Assembly (NCBI RefSeq): GCF_001194135.2
Contig: NC_068986.1
Location: forward strand, 7,212,751 to 7,276,750
DNA length: 64,000 nt
Reading direction: 5' to 3'
From: Octopus bimaculoides
Taxonomy: Eukaryota
In this document: piece after piece, positions 25,623 to 37,688 of the stretch
Layout: each line of letters opens with the position of its first letter
Position numbering within the stretch: position 1 is the stretch's first letter
Made by a program: the position numbers and the translations under genes
The notes under the pieces: generated by a model
Database searches by the model: none
Seen by the model: the letters and a program-made list of their open reading frames with translations, nothing else
Told to the model about the DNA's origin: nothing

Positions 25623-27263
25623 TATATCAAGATAGTACACAATACCTGGTTGTCTCTGTTCATCAACAACTCATAATTAAAACCTTGCATGAAATTAGTC
25701 AACCTAGGATTGTAGGCCCTGCTTCTAGATTTTGAACTTATGCAGCTATTCCATGGATTCTGTGAGATGAAACAAATCAACTGTTGGGCAATTGGATATT
25801 GAGGATTTATATCTAAAACTACAAACTTTTGCTTTTAATGCATTAAGCCTATCAATCATTCGACTTAATTTACATATTTGCTTAAGAATTAGCTCTAACA
25901 TATTTTTTGTTGCATGACAGAATCTGAAATATAATCAAAACACAAAATTGTAAATCATCTACAACTCAAATCTTTGTTGATAAAACAATATTTGGAAATA
26001 ATCCAAATTTTGTTGTTAATTTTACTCATGTCTTCATAATTGCTATTTTGAAAAGAAATGTCTTCAAATTATATATATGGGAATATATTTGGCAATCTGA
26101 ATCACTTTAATGTAAAAATTTCTTCACATTGTTTTTACTTTAACTACCATGTAAAAATCACTCGGTACATTTTGTAAAGTGGTTGATGTTAGGAAGAAGG
26201 GCATTGGACAACCATTCCAGAGCAGACAGTTGAGCTTAGTACAGTCTTCTGATTTGCCAGTTTCAGTCAAACCATCCAACCTATGCCAGTATCGAAAAAG
26301 GACATTAAATGTTGATGATACTGATGATGGCTGAACCATCACTATTTCCTTAATTTTGGTTGTTTTATTTCTTTTCTAAGCATCTTCTCTGCATAATATT
26401 TATATTACTTGTTGAAGAATGTTTAGGTGGCTTACACAATAATTATGAAATATCACATACAAAATCCAGATATAAGATTAGTTATAACAAAATCATTTCT
26501 TGATCAGAAAATCTTCTTTTGAAACTCATATCACAAAAATACAATGCAATTGAACCAGATTTTCTCCAATATGTGAAAAGAAGTAAACAAAAATATGGTC
26601 AGATAAAAAATACTTTTAAAAATTGCCTGTAAATGTTTATGGTTTGCATCTTCGTTCAGCTGTTGATTTGTTTAGAGTAGAACACATTCTTTGTTTAGTT
26701 TTCCATCAGTATATCACTTTCAGTTTTCATTGCAATGTATCTGTTATTTGAGTTGATTGAAGATTGATTTAGCGAAATTTGAAAATAATTAATAGAAAAT
26801 AATCAAACTCATACAAGAGTTTATTTTAACCTTCAAAGTGATCATTTGTTATTCTTTTTTGTTGTTTTTCTCTTGGAACAAATAAAGTTGCTTATAAAGA
26901 AGGAGAATTAGCAACTTTTTCAATGGATTATTCTTTGAATTCAACATTCTTGTATTGTTAAATTGGCCATATTTCTTAAGTTAAAAATAATTTTGCCATT
27001 GTAGTGACTTAGTTAAACCAGCGGCCCATAGAAGCAGCTGCGCCATGAATCTATTGATTTCTAGTAGTGGAGATCTAAAATAAAGTATACAACTTTTCAA
27101 TACTAAGCCAAGAATCTGATATTGATTTTTGTCACAAATGGTTCTTATATACCAACATCATTTGCTGCTAACCTAATTGTTTATTTCAATATGGTTTCAC
27201 TGTGTTTGTGAATCCTCATATATATGTATATATATACTGAGTTTATTTTGCTTGTAGTTATAT

Positions 27264-27445
27264 TGTACTATAGGAGACTATTGTTATGTAGTACCATAGG
27301 AGACTGTCATTGTTATGTGGTACTACAGAAGACTGTCATTGTTATGTGGTACCATAAGTGACTGTCATTGTTATGTAATACCATAGAAGACTGTCATTGT
27401 TGTGTGGTTCCATGGAAACCTGTCATTGTTATGTGGGACTGTTGC
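27264..27445. repeat. 29-bp minisatellite, about 6 imperfect copies (ttgttatgtggtaccatagaagactgtca)
   Basis: gactgtcattgtt recurs at 29-bp spacing (27302, 27331, ...). Confidence 0.9.
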
Positions 27446-29699
27446 CATTATAGTATTATGATAAAAATTTTGTTTCTATTCTGAATAACTAGTGAAGACT
27501 TTATGTCACTATTTGACATATTTTTCTTTTAATTTTTATCAAAAAAATTGATTGAAGGTAAGAAGGATTATAAGCTGAGGCACCAACAAACATGAAATAT
27601 TACAAAAACTATGTGTCTTATCATTTGTGCTTGGCCTTTTTTATCATTGTCATCATCATTTGAAGTCTGCTTTCTATTCTGGCATGGGTTTGAAAACTGC
27701 ATTGTGCTCCAATGTCAGCTTTGGTAGGATTTCTATGGCTGGATGCCCTTTCTAATGTGTCAACCACTTAACAGAGTGCCATGTAACTTGCAAGAGTTGG
27801 TGGGGTCGGTCTTCTTCTAGTAGATGAAGGGTTAGAATATGAGAAGAGCAAGATGGTGGGTGCAGACCAGGTTCTTGTAGAGGAGCTTGCATGGTTACAT
27901 TATTATTATCCTTAATTTAAAAGGTGGTGAGCTAGTAGAATCATAAGCAAGCTGGGCAAAATGCTTTGTAGTATTTTGTCCGTTTTCATGTTCTGAGTTC
28001 AAATTCTGCCAAGGTCAGCTTATCCTTTGATGGTGTTACTAACATATGATATTGATAATCTCAGCTTTGTCTTCCTAGTTATCACTGATGTGCTTTAGTA
28101 GTGATTATCATCATTATTATTATTATTATTGAGATATATGAATTTGGCTTGGTTCCAACACTTTTACTGAAAAGTGAATGGCAAAATCACAAAAGAAAAT
28201 GATACTCAATAAATGTTTAAATAATTTTTATAGATCAGTGAAGATAAACGTCTTACTATTTCTAGAAGTTAGATATTGTGAATTTACATTAAGCTGCCTG
28301 ATAAACAAGACTGTTCTGCTTTATTTAACTGTGACTAGGTTAGATTATATTAAAACTAGAATTACAAGCTGTGATAAATTTAATGGCACTGATCAGTAAA
28401 ATAATAAATGCTAATCATGAAGGTGGAGTACTAGTTTATGGGGTTTTTACAATGTTAATTTGAAATATTTTCATCAAAGACATCATTTAATTGACAACAA
28501 TGAGATTAACTTTTACATCACAAACACAGCAATTCCAACACACATATGCACGCATGCACACACATTAATCTTATAGAATATAAGCTTTACCATTCTGATA
28601 CAATGAGATTAGCTTATCGACAATTGTTATGAAAATTATTTCCTACTTTAGTGTCTTATTTTAATACTGAATTGTTACATTGTTATCATGCTTTTATTAT
28701 TCAAATCAACTCCACATATTTAATCATGTTGTTAGCTGCTCTGTAATATACTGTGTTTTGATATTCAAAGGGTGGTTGTTGTTGTTGTTTGAAGTAAATT
28801 AAAGATTTCTTCATTCTAGTCTCTAACTATTTCTACACTTCAATAAACCATACTTTATTCTATTTTATTTCTTATTCTTTTTTCCTCATATTCTTTTTCA
28901 AGATGTTAATATCTTTTACTATTTGTTATAATGTCTCAGAAATATCTTTACTACATGTAAACCAAAAATGTAATTAGATTTTAATTATATATACTCCTAA
29001 AGGCGGTGAGCTAGACAAGTCATTAGCATGCTGGGTGAAACCAATTATATTTACTATCCTCTCCATGTCAAATATCCCCCCTCTGTGAAGAGGTTGACAA
29101 GAGAGTAGAAGTGTGGGGTTGTGAGGTTCCCTTTAGTTTTATCAAGGACATGGTTACCTCTCTAATGCTGGTGCCCAGAACACTCTGTAACATGGCTGGT
29201 GTTAAGAAGAGTATCCAGCTATAGAAACCAAGATTAAAAGGAAATGGAAGTGAGATGAGGTCCCCTAATTTGTCTAGGTGAACAAAATCCCTTGAATTTT
29301 TACCAGCTCTGTCTGCTGATCCGCCCAACCAATGTCAACATGGAAATTGATGTAAAATGTTGTTGATAATGATGATAGTTATAGAAAGGGTAAAAGTGTT
29401 CCTTGATGAACCTAGGAAAATAAGCTAAAATCATTGAATCTCATTTTCAATTTGAATAATAAAAAGTTAGCATTTGATGGAAATTGATGTGTGTAACCAG
29501 TTATTTTAGTCCTCTACTGCTTGTAGTATAATGTGTGGAGGGCTAATGAGAAAAAATATTCATTGTAAGAAGTAAAAATCTTTGGCAAAAGACAATTGAA
29601 ACTGCTTGTTGTATCAAAGGAACTCCTTTAAGAATGACAGGTGAGAAAAATAATTTAAGATACTTGTTTTAGTTTTCATGAAAGAATGAGAGGTACATC

Positions 29700-30045
29700 T
29701 GTAGCTAAGGAGCTTGCTTCCCATCTATGTGGCCTTGGGTTCATTTCCAGTGCTTGGGTAAGTGTACTCTACAATAGCCCTGGCCAAACCCAAGCCTTGT
29801 GAGTGAATTTGGTTGATGGAAACTGAAAGAATCCCATCATATATGTGTGCATGTGGATACTCTTCTGTAGACATCATATGACAGTTACAAATGTGCATCA
29901 CCATGTTGTTCATTTTCAAGCTTTCATGGAAAATATATCTGAGAAAGAAATTACCTCGTTTGGAAACAGGTGAGAGTTGGTGACAGGAAGAGTGTCCAGT
30001 CACAGAAAATCTGCCTTAACAAAATTCCATCTGACCCATGCAAGA
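29700..30045 (+). mobile_element. tRNA-derived SINE
   Basis: gtagctaaggagcttgcttccc...gggttcatttccagtg (A/B-box-like head), then cttgggtaagtgt...gccttgtgagtgaatttgg...ggaaactgaaaga and body. Confidence 0.75.
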
Positions 30046-31204
30046 AATTTAGTCTGTACAAACAGAAAAGCACTCACTTAAGGGTATGAGTGTGTCAGTC
30101 ATTAAGGGTACATATATGTCAGCCAATTGATTGAACAACTGAATTTTTATAGTGGAACCCAACAGTTTTACTATCTTTCAGTCAACTGTGGATTCACCAT
30201 ATAAAGGTAATACTGACATCTTCCTTGTAAAATCTTTCAAATCATTTCCTTCTTATCTTTTTAATCCATTTATTTTATTCTGGATTTCAAATGTTTGTTT
30301 TTCCAGATATTGGGAATAAGAGTTTCTTCTGTAACATCTGATTATTAAATATATTTGTCATTGTTTTTATATTAATCATCAGGCTTTAAGTTACATGTCT
30401 CTCTTCTAGGGATAGAACTTGTAAAATATATCAACAAGTAATATGTAATTTCATTGAACCATAGTGTTCCAATTAAGAATTGATTCAGAACCAGTTCCAC
30501 ATGTATCAACAGAGGAATATCAATGAAATAATCTGTCACTTACTTCTATTTTCTTTCTTACCCACATCTTCAATGTATATCTTTTTCTTTATCCTCCCAT
30601 TTTGGTATTAGATGCTGCTGTCGCTTCCTTGTACTTGTAAGGAATTTTGTGTTTAACAATAGTTTAATTTCCTGAAACTCTGCTCACCCAAAGCTACCCT
30701 CCTACCCTTATTTCCTTATCTTCAGTATAACACAACCATCCATGCAGGAAAATTAAATTCTTCTTCTACCAAAGTGTGTTTATATTATTTTTTCAGCATT
30801 TAAAGAATAAAAATAAATCTTTACCTCAGCAATACTAATGAATAGTAGCCAACTACAATAGTGTCACTTGTATATACCAAATGCATTGAAGCTTTGGTTT
30901 TTTTTTTTTTGTAGAACTAAATATAAACTTTTGAAATCTTCAAGATAGAAGATAATCACAAATGAAAACTGTTACCCAAACTTGAATGTAATTTTCACTA
31001 TACAATATTTTACCATCCTAAAGTTAGAAACTTAGATAACAAACCCAACCTAAGAAGCACCAGTGATAAGCCTGATCCCCATATCAAAAGNNNNNNNNNN
31101 NNNNNNNNNNNNNNNNNNNNNNNNNNNNNNNNNNNNNNNNNNNNNNNNNNNNNNNNNNNNNNNNNNNNNNNNNNNNNNNNNNNNNNNNNNNNNNNNNNNN
31201 NNNN

Positions 31205-31601
31205 AAATCATGTTGTTGTTGTTGGCACTCCGTTGCTTACGATGTTGAGGGTTCCAGTTGATCTGATCAATGGAACAGCCTGTTCGTGAAATTAACGTGC
31301 AAGTGGCTGAGCACTCCACAGACACGTGTACCCTTAACGTAGTTCTCGGGGATATTCAGCATGACACAGTGTGACAAGGCTGACCCTTTGAATTACTAGC
31401 ACAACAAAAACAGGAAGTAAGAGTGAGAGAAAGTTGTGGTGGAAGAGTCCAGCAGGGTTTGCCACCATCCCCTGCCAGAGCCTCGTGGAGCTTTAGGTGT
31501 TTTCGCTCAATAAACAATCACAATGCCTGGTCTGGGAATCGAAACTGCGATCCTATGACCATGAGTCTGCTGCCCTAACCACTAGGCTATTGCGCCTCCA
31601 C
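31205..31601 (-). mobile_element. Near-complete tRNA-derived SINE (tRNA-Arg-like head)
   Basis: Reverse complement begins gtggaggcgcaatagcctagtggttagggcagc...gtttcgattcccagacc (A and B boxes) and ends in a (CAA)n tail. The central cttgcacgttaattt domain is shared with 56138-56357. Confidence 0.85.
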
Positions 31602-33769
31602 CTTAGAAATCATATTTAGGCTGTTATATATTTTTTTTGTAATATGAAGTATCAAAGTCTTGTAGTTCCAATTTAAAATCTGGTCACTGATATTCTATGG
31701 TACAATATCTCAGTGAAGTATTTATACTACTTTAAAAGGAAATGAGTTAATAGAAGTGTATATAATTGTAAAAGAGTGTGTTAAATGGTAACTGTGATCA
31801 CTATGACACAATTATGATGAAAAATTGCCCCAGCAGATTTTCATCATAAGATATGCTAGATGCATTTTGGCCTAAATGGGCCTTTTCTCAATGATGTATG
31901 TACATTATGATACATAGATGGTTATTTTGTTAAGAGTCTGCTATACCATGTGGAGCATCTAATAAAAAAACTTAAGTTAAAGCAGCAGTATGATCTGAGC
32001 TGACCAATGAAGGCCAAAATACACTCATCTAGAAGCCATTTTAGATTTCTTTTGAATTCTCTTTACTCTGGCTTCTAATATCTGATAATGTAGATGTGTT
32101 CTTTACTCATGAAACTTTGTGGAGCTAAGTCAAACTGTTATTAAATATATACATGTGTGTGTGTGTGTGTTTGAGTGAATGCTTGCATTCTGTGTGCTTC
32201 ACATAAAACATTTCTGAGCTTTTAGTGGTGAAGTATATTATATTTTCCTCTCAACAAATTCTCTGCTGGCTCAGCATTTTTCAAAGGCATGTAAAATGAA
32301 AGATCCATTTTTTGAAAAACAGTTAAGGGTTAGTGACAGGAAGGGAACCCAACCATAAAACCATGCCTCAATAATAATATGTCTAACCTATGCTAGCATG
32401 GAAAAAAATGGATGTAAATATGAATGAATGAGTATGTACATATATAAGTATTCTAAAGAACTGAAAATCTGCATCAAATGTGAGATGGCAGTGGTGTATA
32501 TGGATGAGCAGGTAGTCCCAGAAACTTGTTTGTAGGAGAAAAGTGTAGAAATGCATCACTGGAAGTGGCTATATATGTGAGTGAGTGTGTGTGTGTGTGT
32601 GTATGTATATATATTTATATATACACACATAAGATTTACTGACAAACTCCCAGACCCATCCTCAGCCTTTGTACTCTAGGATATACAACTCCCCATCTAT
32701 GTCCCTAATTGAGTGTAATCCACCTAGTTTTATTGGTGTTTTTTTCCCAGTTCTGTCAGTCTCTCAAACCAATGCCACCATTTCACCAAAGTTGTTTTGC
32801 ATTTATTATTATGTAATTCTTTGTCTCAGTTGCCTGCTCTCTCTTCCTGCTGTTTAAAACAAATCTATTCTTTCATTGTTTTAAAACTCATTTAATATGA
32901 ACACACAATCAAGCCTCTTTACAAAGTTGTAAGCAAGGAAATATTAAGAATTATATTTACATAATTTACTTCCCTCACCAATAAAATACATCATTTTTGA
33001 GCAGTTCTATATGAGTCATGTAACCAAAATGTCCCCATCCATCAACTGAAAAAGTTATTATTGTAATTAACATTTATAAATAAACCTCCTTCAGTCTGTA
33101 GACACAATATTCAGATAAGAAGTTTATGCATTAACATAAACTTCTTAAAATTTATCACGCATATAAATTTCATTATTGAAAGCAAACTTAATTTGAATTA
33201 GTAAATTCTATTGTGTATCTAATGTAAATTCAAGGTATATTCCATTGAGAGTTGTTTGTTATATTGAGAGAAATGTGCAAAAGAGAAAGTAAAAAAACTT
33301 GCAGTGATTTACAGACTGAACAAACGTGTGTTTTTATAATTTTTTTTTTATTAGAAATGACAAATCTAAAAAAAAAAAAACAATAATCCTTGATAGGAGC
33401 AGGGTGGGGGGAGTAATTAAAAAAATTCTGGAAAATTAAAGTGATACAAACATGAAATAATTAAATGATAAGATTATCTTGAGAGTAATATAAAAGAAGC
33501 TTTGTTACTGGTTGTATAAAACATGGAGTTGAATAGCAGTGGACTATGAGCAAGCAGACACAGACTATAATGACAAGGAAAGAATGCACAAGGTATGTTG
33601 CATATCTGGTAAATGTGTAATGCTAATTTAGAATATTTTGAGTGGAAATGGGAATCTTGTAGCATTTAGAAATATTATGACAACAAAAAACCTTTTTAAT
33701 GTGGATATCATTTACTTGTTTTAGTCATTAGATTGTGACCATGCTGGGGCAGCGCTTTGAAGAATCTTT

Positions 33770-34658
33770 GGTTCCTGCATTTTGGTTCCTGAGGTTTCCT
33801 GAAGCACCATTCATAGGGTTTTGAGTGAAAAGTTGCATTATGGGAAGGTGTGTGCAAGATGGGTTCTGTGAATGCTCACAGAAGACAATAAACAGCAAAG
33901 AGCTGACTGTTCCTGTGAATTTCTTTGCCACTATGCAGACAGAAATGGCAGCTTTTTGGATTTGATGGTTATGGGTGACGAAACCTGGGCATTCCACTTC
34001 ACACTTGAAACCAAACAACAATCACGTGAGTGGCAGCATTCCTCTTTGCCCAAGCCACGAAAAATTCAAACAGACAAAGTCTGCTGGTAATGTCATAGCA
34101 ACTTTGTTTGGGATTGAAAGGAAGTATTGTCAGTTGACTTCATGGCTTTGGGGACCACAATAAATGCTGGCAGGTACTGTGAGACACTGGAAAAGCTCAG
34201 ATGGGCGATTCAGAACTGGAGAAGAAGAAAGTTGAGCGAAGATGTAAGCTTTCTCCATGACAATGCTTGCTCCCACATCAAACTGTTGCTCTCCTGCAAC
34301 AGCTTGGATGGGACATCAGCACCCACCCACCTTGTAGTCTGGACTTCGCACCCAGTGACTACCACATGCTCCCTAAGTTGAAAGAGCATTTGGCCAGTAT
34401 GTGCTTCAGCAATGGCGACGAGGTGAAAGATGAGGTTCAGTGCTTCCTCAATGCTTCCTCAATTACATGACGGTGAGCTGGTATGCCATGAGCGTACAAA
34501 AATTACCTCAGCACCTACAAAAATGCATCGATTGAAATGGGGATTATGTAGAAAAATAGATAGCTGTTCAAACTTTAAAATGATGTAAACATCACTGACA
34601 ATAAACGTTTCTGTGACTTCTAAATATTTTTGGAGACCTTGCTTTTGGGATTACCCTC

Positions 34659-34661
<3 letters not shown>
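33770..34661 (+). mobile_element. 5'-truncated mariner transposon, pseudogenised
   Basis: MVMGDETWAFHFTLETKQQSREWQH, FLHDNACSH, HPPCSLDFAPSDYHMLPKLKEHL. 3' TIR-like ...ttttgggattaccctcg-ta running into (TA)n. Confidence 0.85.
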
Positions 34662-34711
<50 letters not shown>

Positions 34712-34778
34712 CACACACATATGTGTATATATTCGTTTTGCAAGATTCTTGATGTGAATTTGTGTGTTGAAACAAATA

Positions 34779-35155
34779 TTGTATTTGGGGATAGTCATGT
34801 TGCCAGTTTAGCCAATAAAAACACATGCACTATATATTTGGTGTTCACTTGCTTCAGCTTTATTTTATATTAATTGTATTTTGGCCAGAGTTCTTTTGTC
34901 ACACTTCTGTGACCTCGTTAGTGCTCCATTGATTTCTTCTTTCTTTTTTTTTGTGTGTTTCTCCTTACTAATGATCAAGGAGACACACAAAAAAGAAAGA
35001 AGAAAGCAAAGGACCACTGATGAGGTCACAGAAGTGTAACATAAGAACTCTGACCGAAATATGATTAATATAAAATAAAACTGAAGCGAACACCAAATAT
35101 TTAGTGTGTATGTTTTTATTGGCTAAACTGGCAACATGACCATCCCCAAATACAA
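34779..35155. mobile_element. Palindromic Penelope/retrozyme-like repeat with two decayed hammerhead motifs
   Basis: Arms 34779-34966 and 34977-35155 are reverse complements with scattered differences. Right arm has ggacca-CTGATGA-ggtcac-agaagt-gtaac-ataa; left arm (minus) has ctaacga-ggtcac-agaagt-gtgac-aaaa. Confidence 0.7.
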
Positions 35156-36324
35156 CAATATATATATATATATATGTACTCTAATGATAAAGGACAAACC
35201 ACAATTATTTTACTAGAAACATTCGCCCAAATACAAAAAATAGATGCTGCTGGTGATTGTATTTTTGTGGATTCTGAAACTTCCATGTGGTGCTGTTCCC
35301 CCCCCCTCTTTGTGATTCTGTGGTTCCTGTATATGGTGATGTTGGTTCCTCGTTAAGTTGCTGTGATGATTAACATAAATAATTTTGGCAGTATTGTAGA
35401 AGGAATAATTATTATAAGAGGAGGAGTAGAAGAAGAAATTGATGATGTTCACTCATCATTATTACTACAGGAGATCATATGATCAAGAGATGACTTTACT
35501 GGAGATAGAGAAGCTGGTGAGGTTGACCCATTGGCAACATCATTAGGATTAACAAATGTCCTTGGGAAATGGTGTATAAGAACTATTTAGTCAGTTAATG
35601 CTCAAGTTTTTTTCTTCATGTTTAATGTTGACTGTATTTTTATTAGAATGAGTGAGTTGTTGATGCAAGTAATGGTAAAGCTCTTTTTCCCCTTATATTA
35701 AATAAATATCCTCATGAAAAACTATGGTATTGCAATAACCAGATGAGTTATGTGTTTTCCAATTAGCTGAAGGGGTTGTAATTCATCTTTGGTCATATCT
35801 TATGTTAGGAGGAGAACTCTTCCCTGATTTACCAGGAATCAGATCACTAACAAGGAATGGAATATTAGAATAACATTAAACTAAATGGAAATTGGCACCT
35901 AAGTTCTCACCATCATCATCATCATTTAACATTTGTATTCCATGCTGTCATGGGTTGGACAGTTTGACAGGAGCTGGCTAGCTGAAGAGCTATCCAGACT
36001 CCATGTCTGTTTTGGCATGGCTTCTATGGCTAGGTGACCTTCCTGATGCCAACCACTTTACACTGTGCGGACTGAGTGCTTTTATGCAGCACTGGAATGA
36101 GTGCTTTTTTTACATAGCACCAGCAAGATTAGGATCATTCAGCTGAAGAGGGATGCAGGGGACCTGCCTGTATGCAAGGACAACCAGAATTGTACTTAGC
36201 TTGTGTCTTCTCAAGCACCACAAACCGTCAGAAATCTCAGTCCCTTGTCATCCCTCATAATTCCCAAAGAATATTCAATGGAGCTTTGTATTGCTATGTC
36301 AAAGAGAATTAAGGTTAAATAAAC

Positions 36325-36647
36325 TAGAAAGTTAAAGAAGTGATTTTAAATTCTCAAACACAGGATAATGCTAATAATATAGCCTGAACAGGATAAGCTA
36401 CCCCTATTTTGCAGAGTGTTGGCAGCCGGCTATGAAACTCAAACTCACACCTCCGTGATTACGCATTGCGGTTCTCAGTTTAGCTTAATGGTTCAGAGCA
36501 CCACAACACGTAATCACGGAGTTGTGAGTTTGAGTTTCATAGCCGGCCGCCAACACTCTGCAAAATAGGGGTAGCTTATCCTGTTCAGGCTATATTATTA
36601 GCATTATCCTGTGTTTGAGAATTTAAAATCACTTCTTTAACTTTCTA
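36325..36647. repeat. Near-perfect long palindrome (139-bp arms) containing a tRNA-like/SINE head
   Basis: 36325-36463 is the reverse complement of 36509-36647 with 2 mismatches. Imperfect pairing continues towards the centre. A-box-like tagcttaatgg at 36481 and B-box-like gagtttgagtttc at 36526. Confidence 0.9.
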
Positions 36648-37688
36648 AGACATCTCAACGCTTCTAAAGCAAACTTTGTTTGTTTACGTTCATTGTAATT
36701 TGAATTTATTAAATAAACTATATCAACACTGAAAGAACATTCTTTAAATTAATTAGCCTTCAACTCCTAACAATGGGGTGGTAGGATAGATTAAAATGAT
36801 TTGAAATAATTAAATATTCTTTCAGTTCATTTTCATAATCAATCATCATAATTAGTTAATATCCATTTTCCATGCTGGCATGGGTTGGACAGTTCCACAG
36901 GAACCAGAGAGGACTGTGCCAAGCTCAATGCATAGTTTGGCATAGTTCTTACAGTTGGATGTCTTTCCTAACACCAGACACTTTACAGAATGTACTGGGT
37001 GCTTTATACGTGGCACTAGCACTACTGATGTTGCCAAGTAACTCACAAAACAAGACCCCAAACCAAGAAGTATTGAGAGAGGTGGCTTTATGTCAGGTGA
37101 TGAGAGAGGTTGAACTAGGATAGAAGGACAAGAAGAGATATATGGTTACCCTGGTTTGAACAAAGAGATGGTGGTGGTGAAGATGTATCAGGGTGTTTAG
37201 TAGATCAGAGATATTTTGTGTGTTTGTTGTTGGGGAATTGTGCTACTCATAAACTCATACTTCTGTTGAGAAGTAGACATCTAACCATAAATCTTGATTT
37301 TTATCCAAACATAAAAGGCAAAGATCAGGGCAGGGCCTGGCTGTAGATGGCCATTTTATACATATTGACAGTTCAGGAGTGGATTTTAGTGTTTTTACAG
37401 GGTTAAGTTAATAAAAGACTTGTAAACCTAAACAGAATTTGAAAATGTAAATCATTAATAAGGAGTAGCATGTGTTAATAGCTAACAGTCTGTTACTGTA
37501 TTAACTTAATCATTGTTAATGTTTACGGGTTTTGGTTAGGAGCAGTGCATTGCTTCTATATTCTAATCATTAGAATCTAATGTCACCTGCTGGAAGGTTC
37601 TGATCAAAATTCAGTGCAAAGGAATAGTTTTTAGTGAACCTGATGAGGCTGTTTGATTTTTTTTAAATATGTGAATGTTTTTTTTTTT

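Noticed and set aside
27264-27445. 29-bp repeats as a CRISPR array
   Set aside because: Head-to-tail units with no unique spacers and no cas genes.
30410-30437. AG/GT-bounded DRTCKIYQQ as a WDR37 micro-exon
   Set aside because: Only DRT matches the WD motif, and the following residues do not fit WDR37; likely chance.
31812-31849. ATGATGA-containing 12-bp hairpin as a C/D snoRNA
   Set aside because: No box D (CTGA) at a suitable distance; the C-box-like motif is simply one arm of a short inverted repeat.
35470-35560. DQEMT peptide resembling WDR37 GHDQELT
   Set aside because: Similarity does not extend on either side, and a stop follows.
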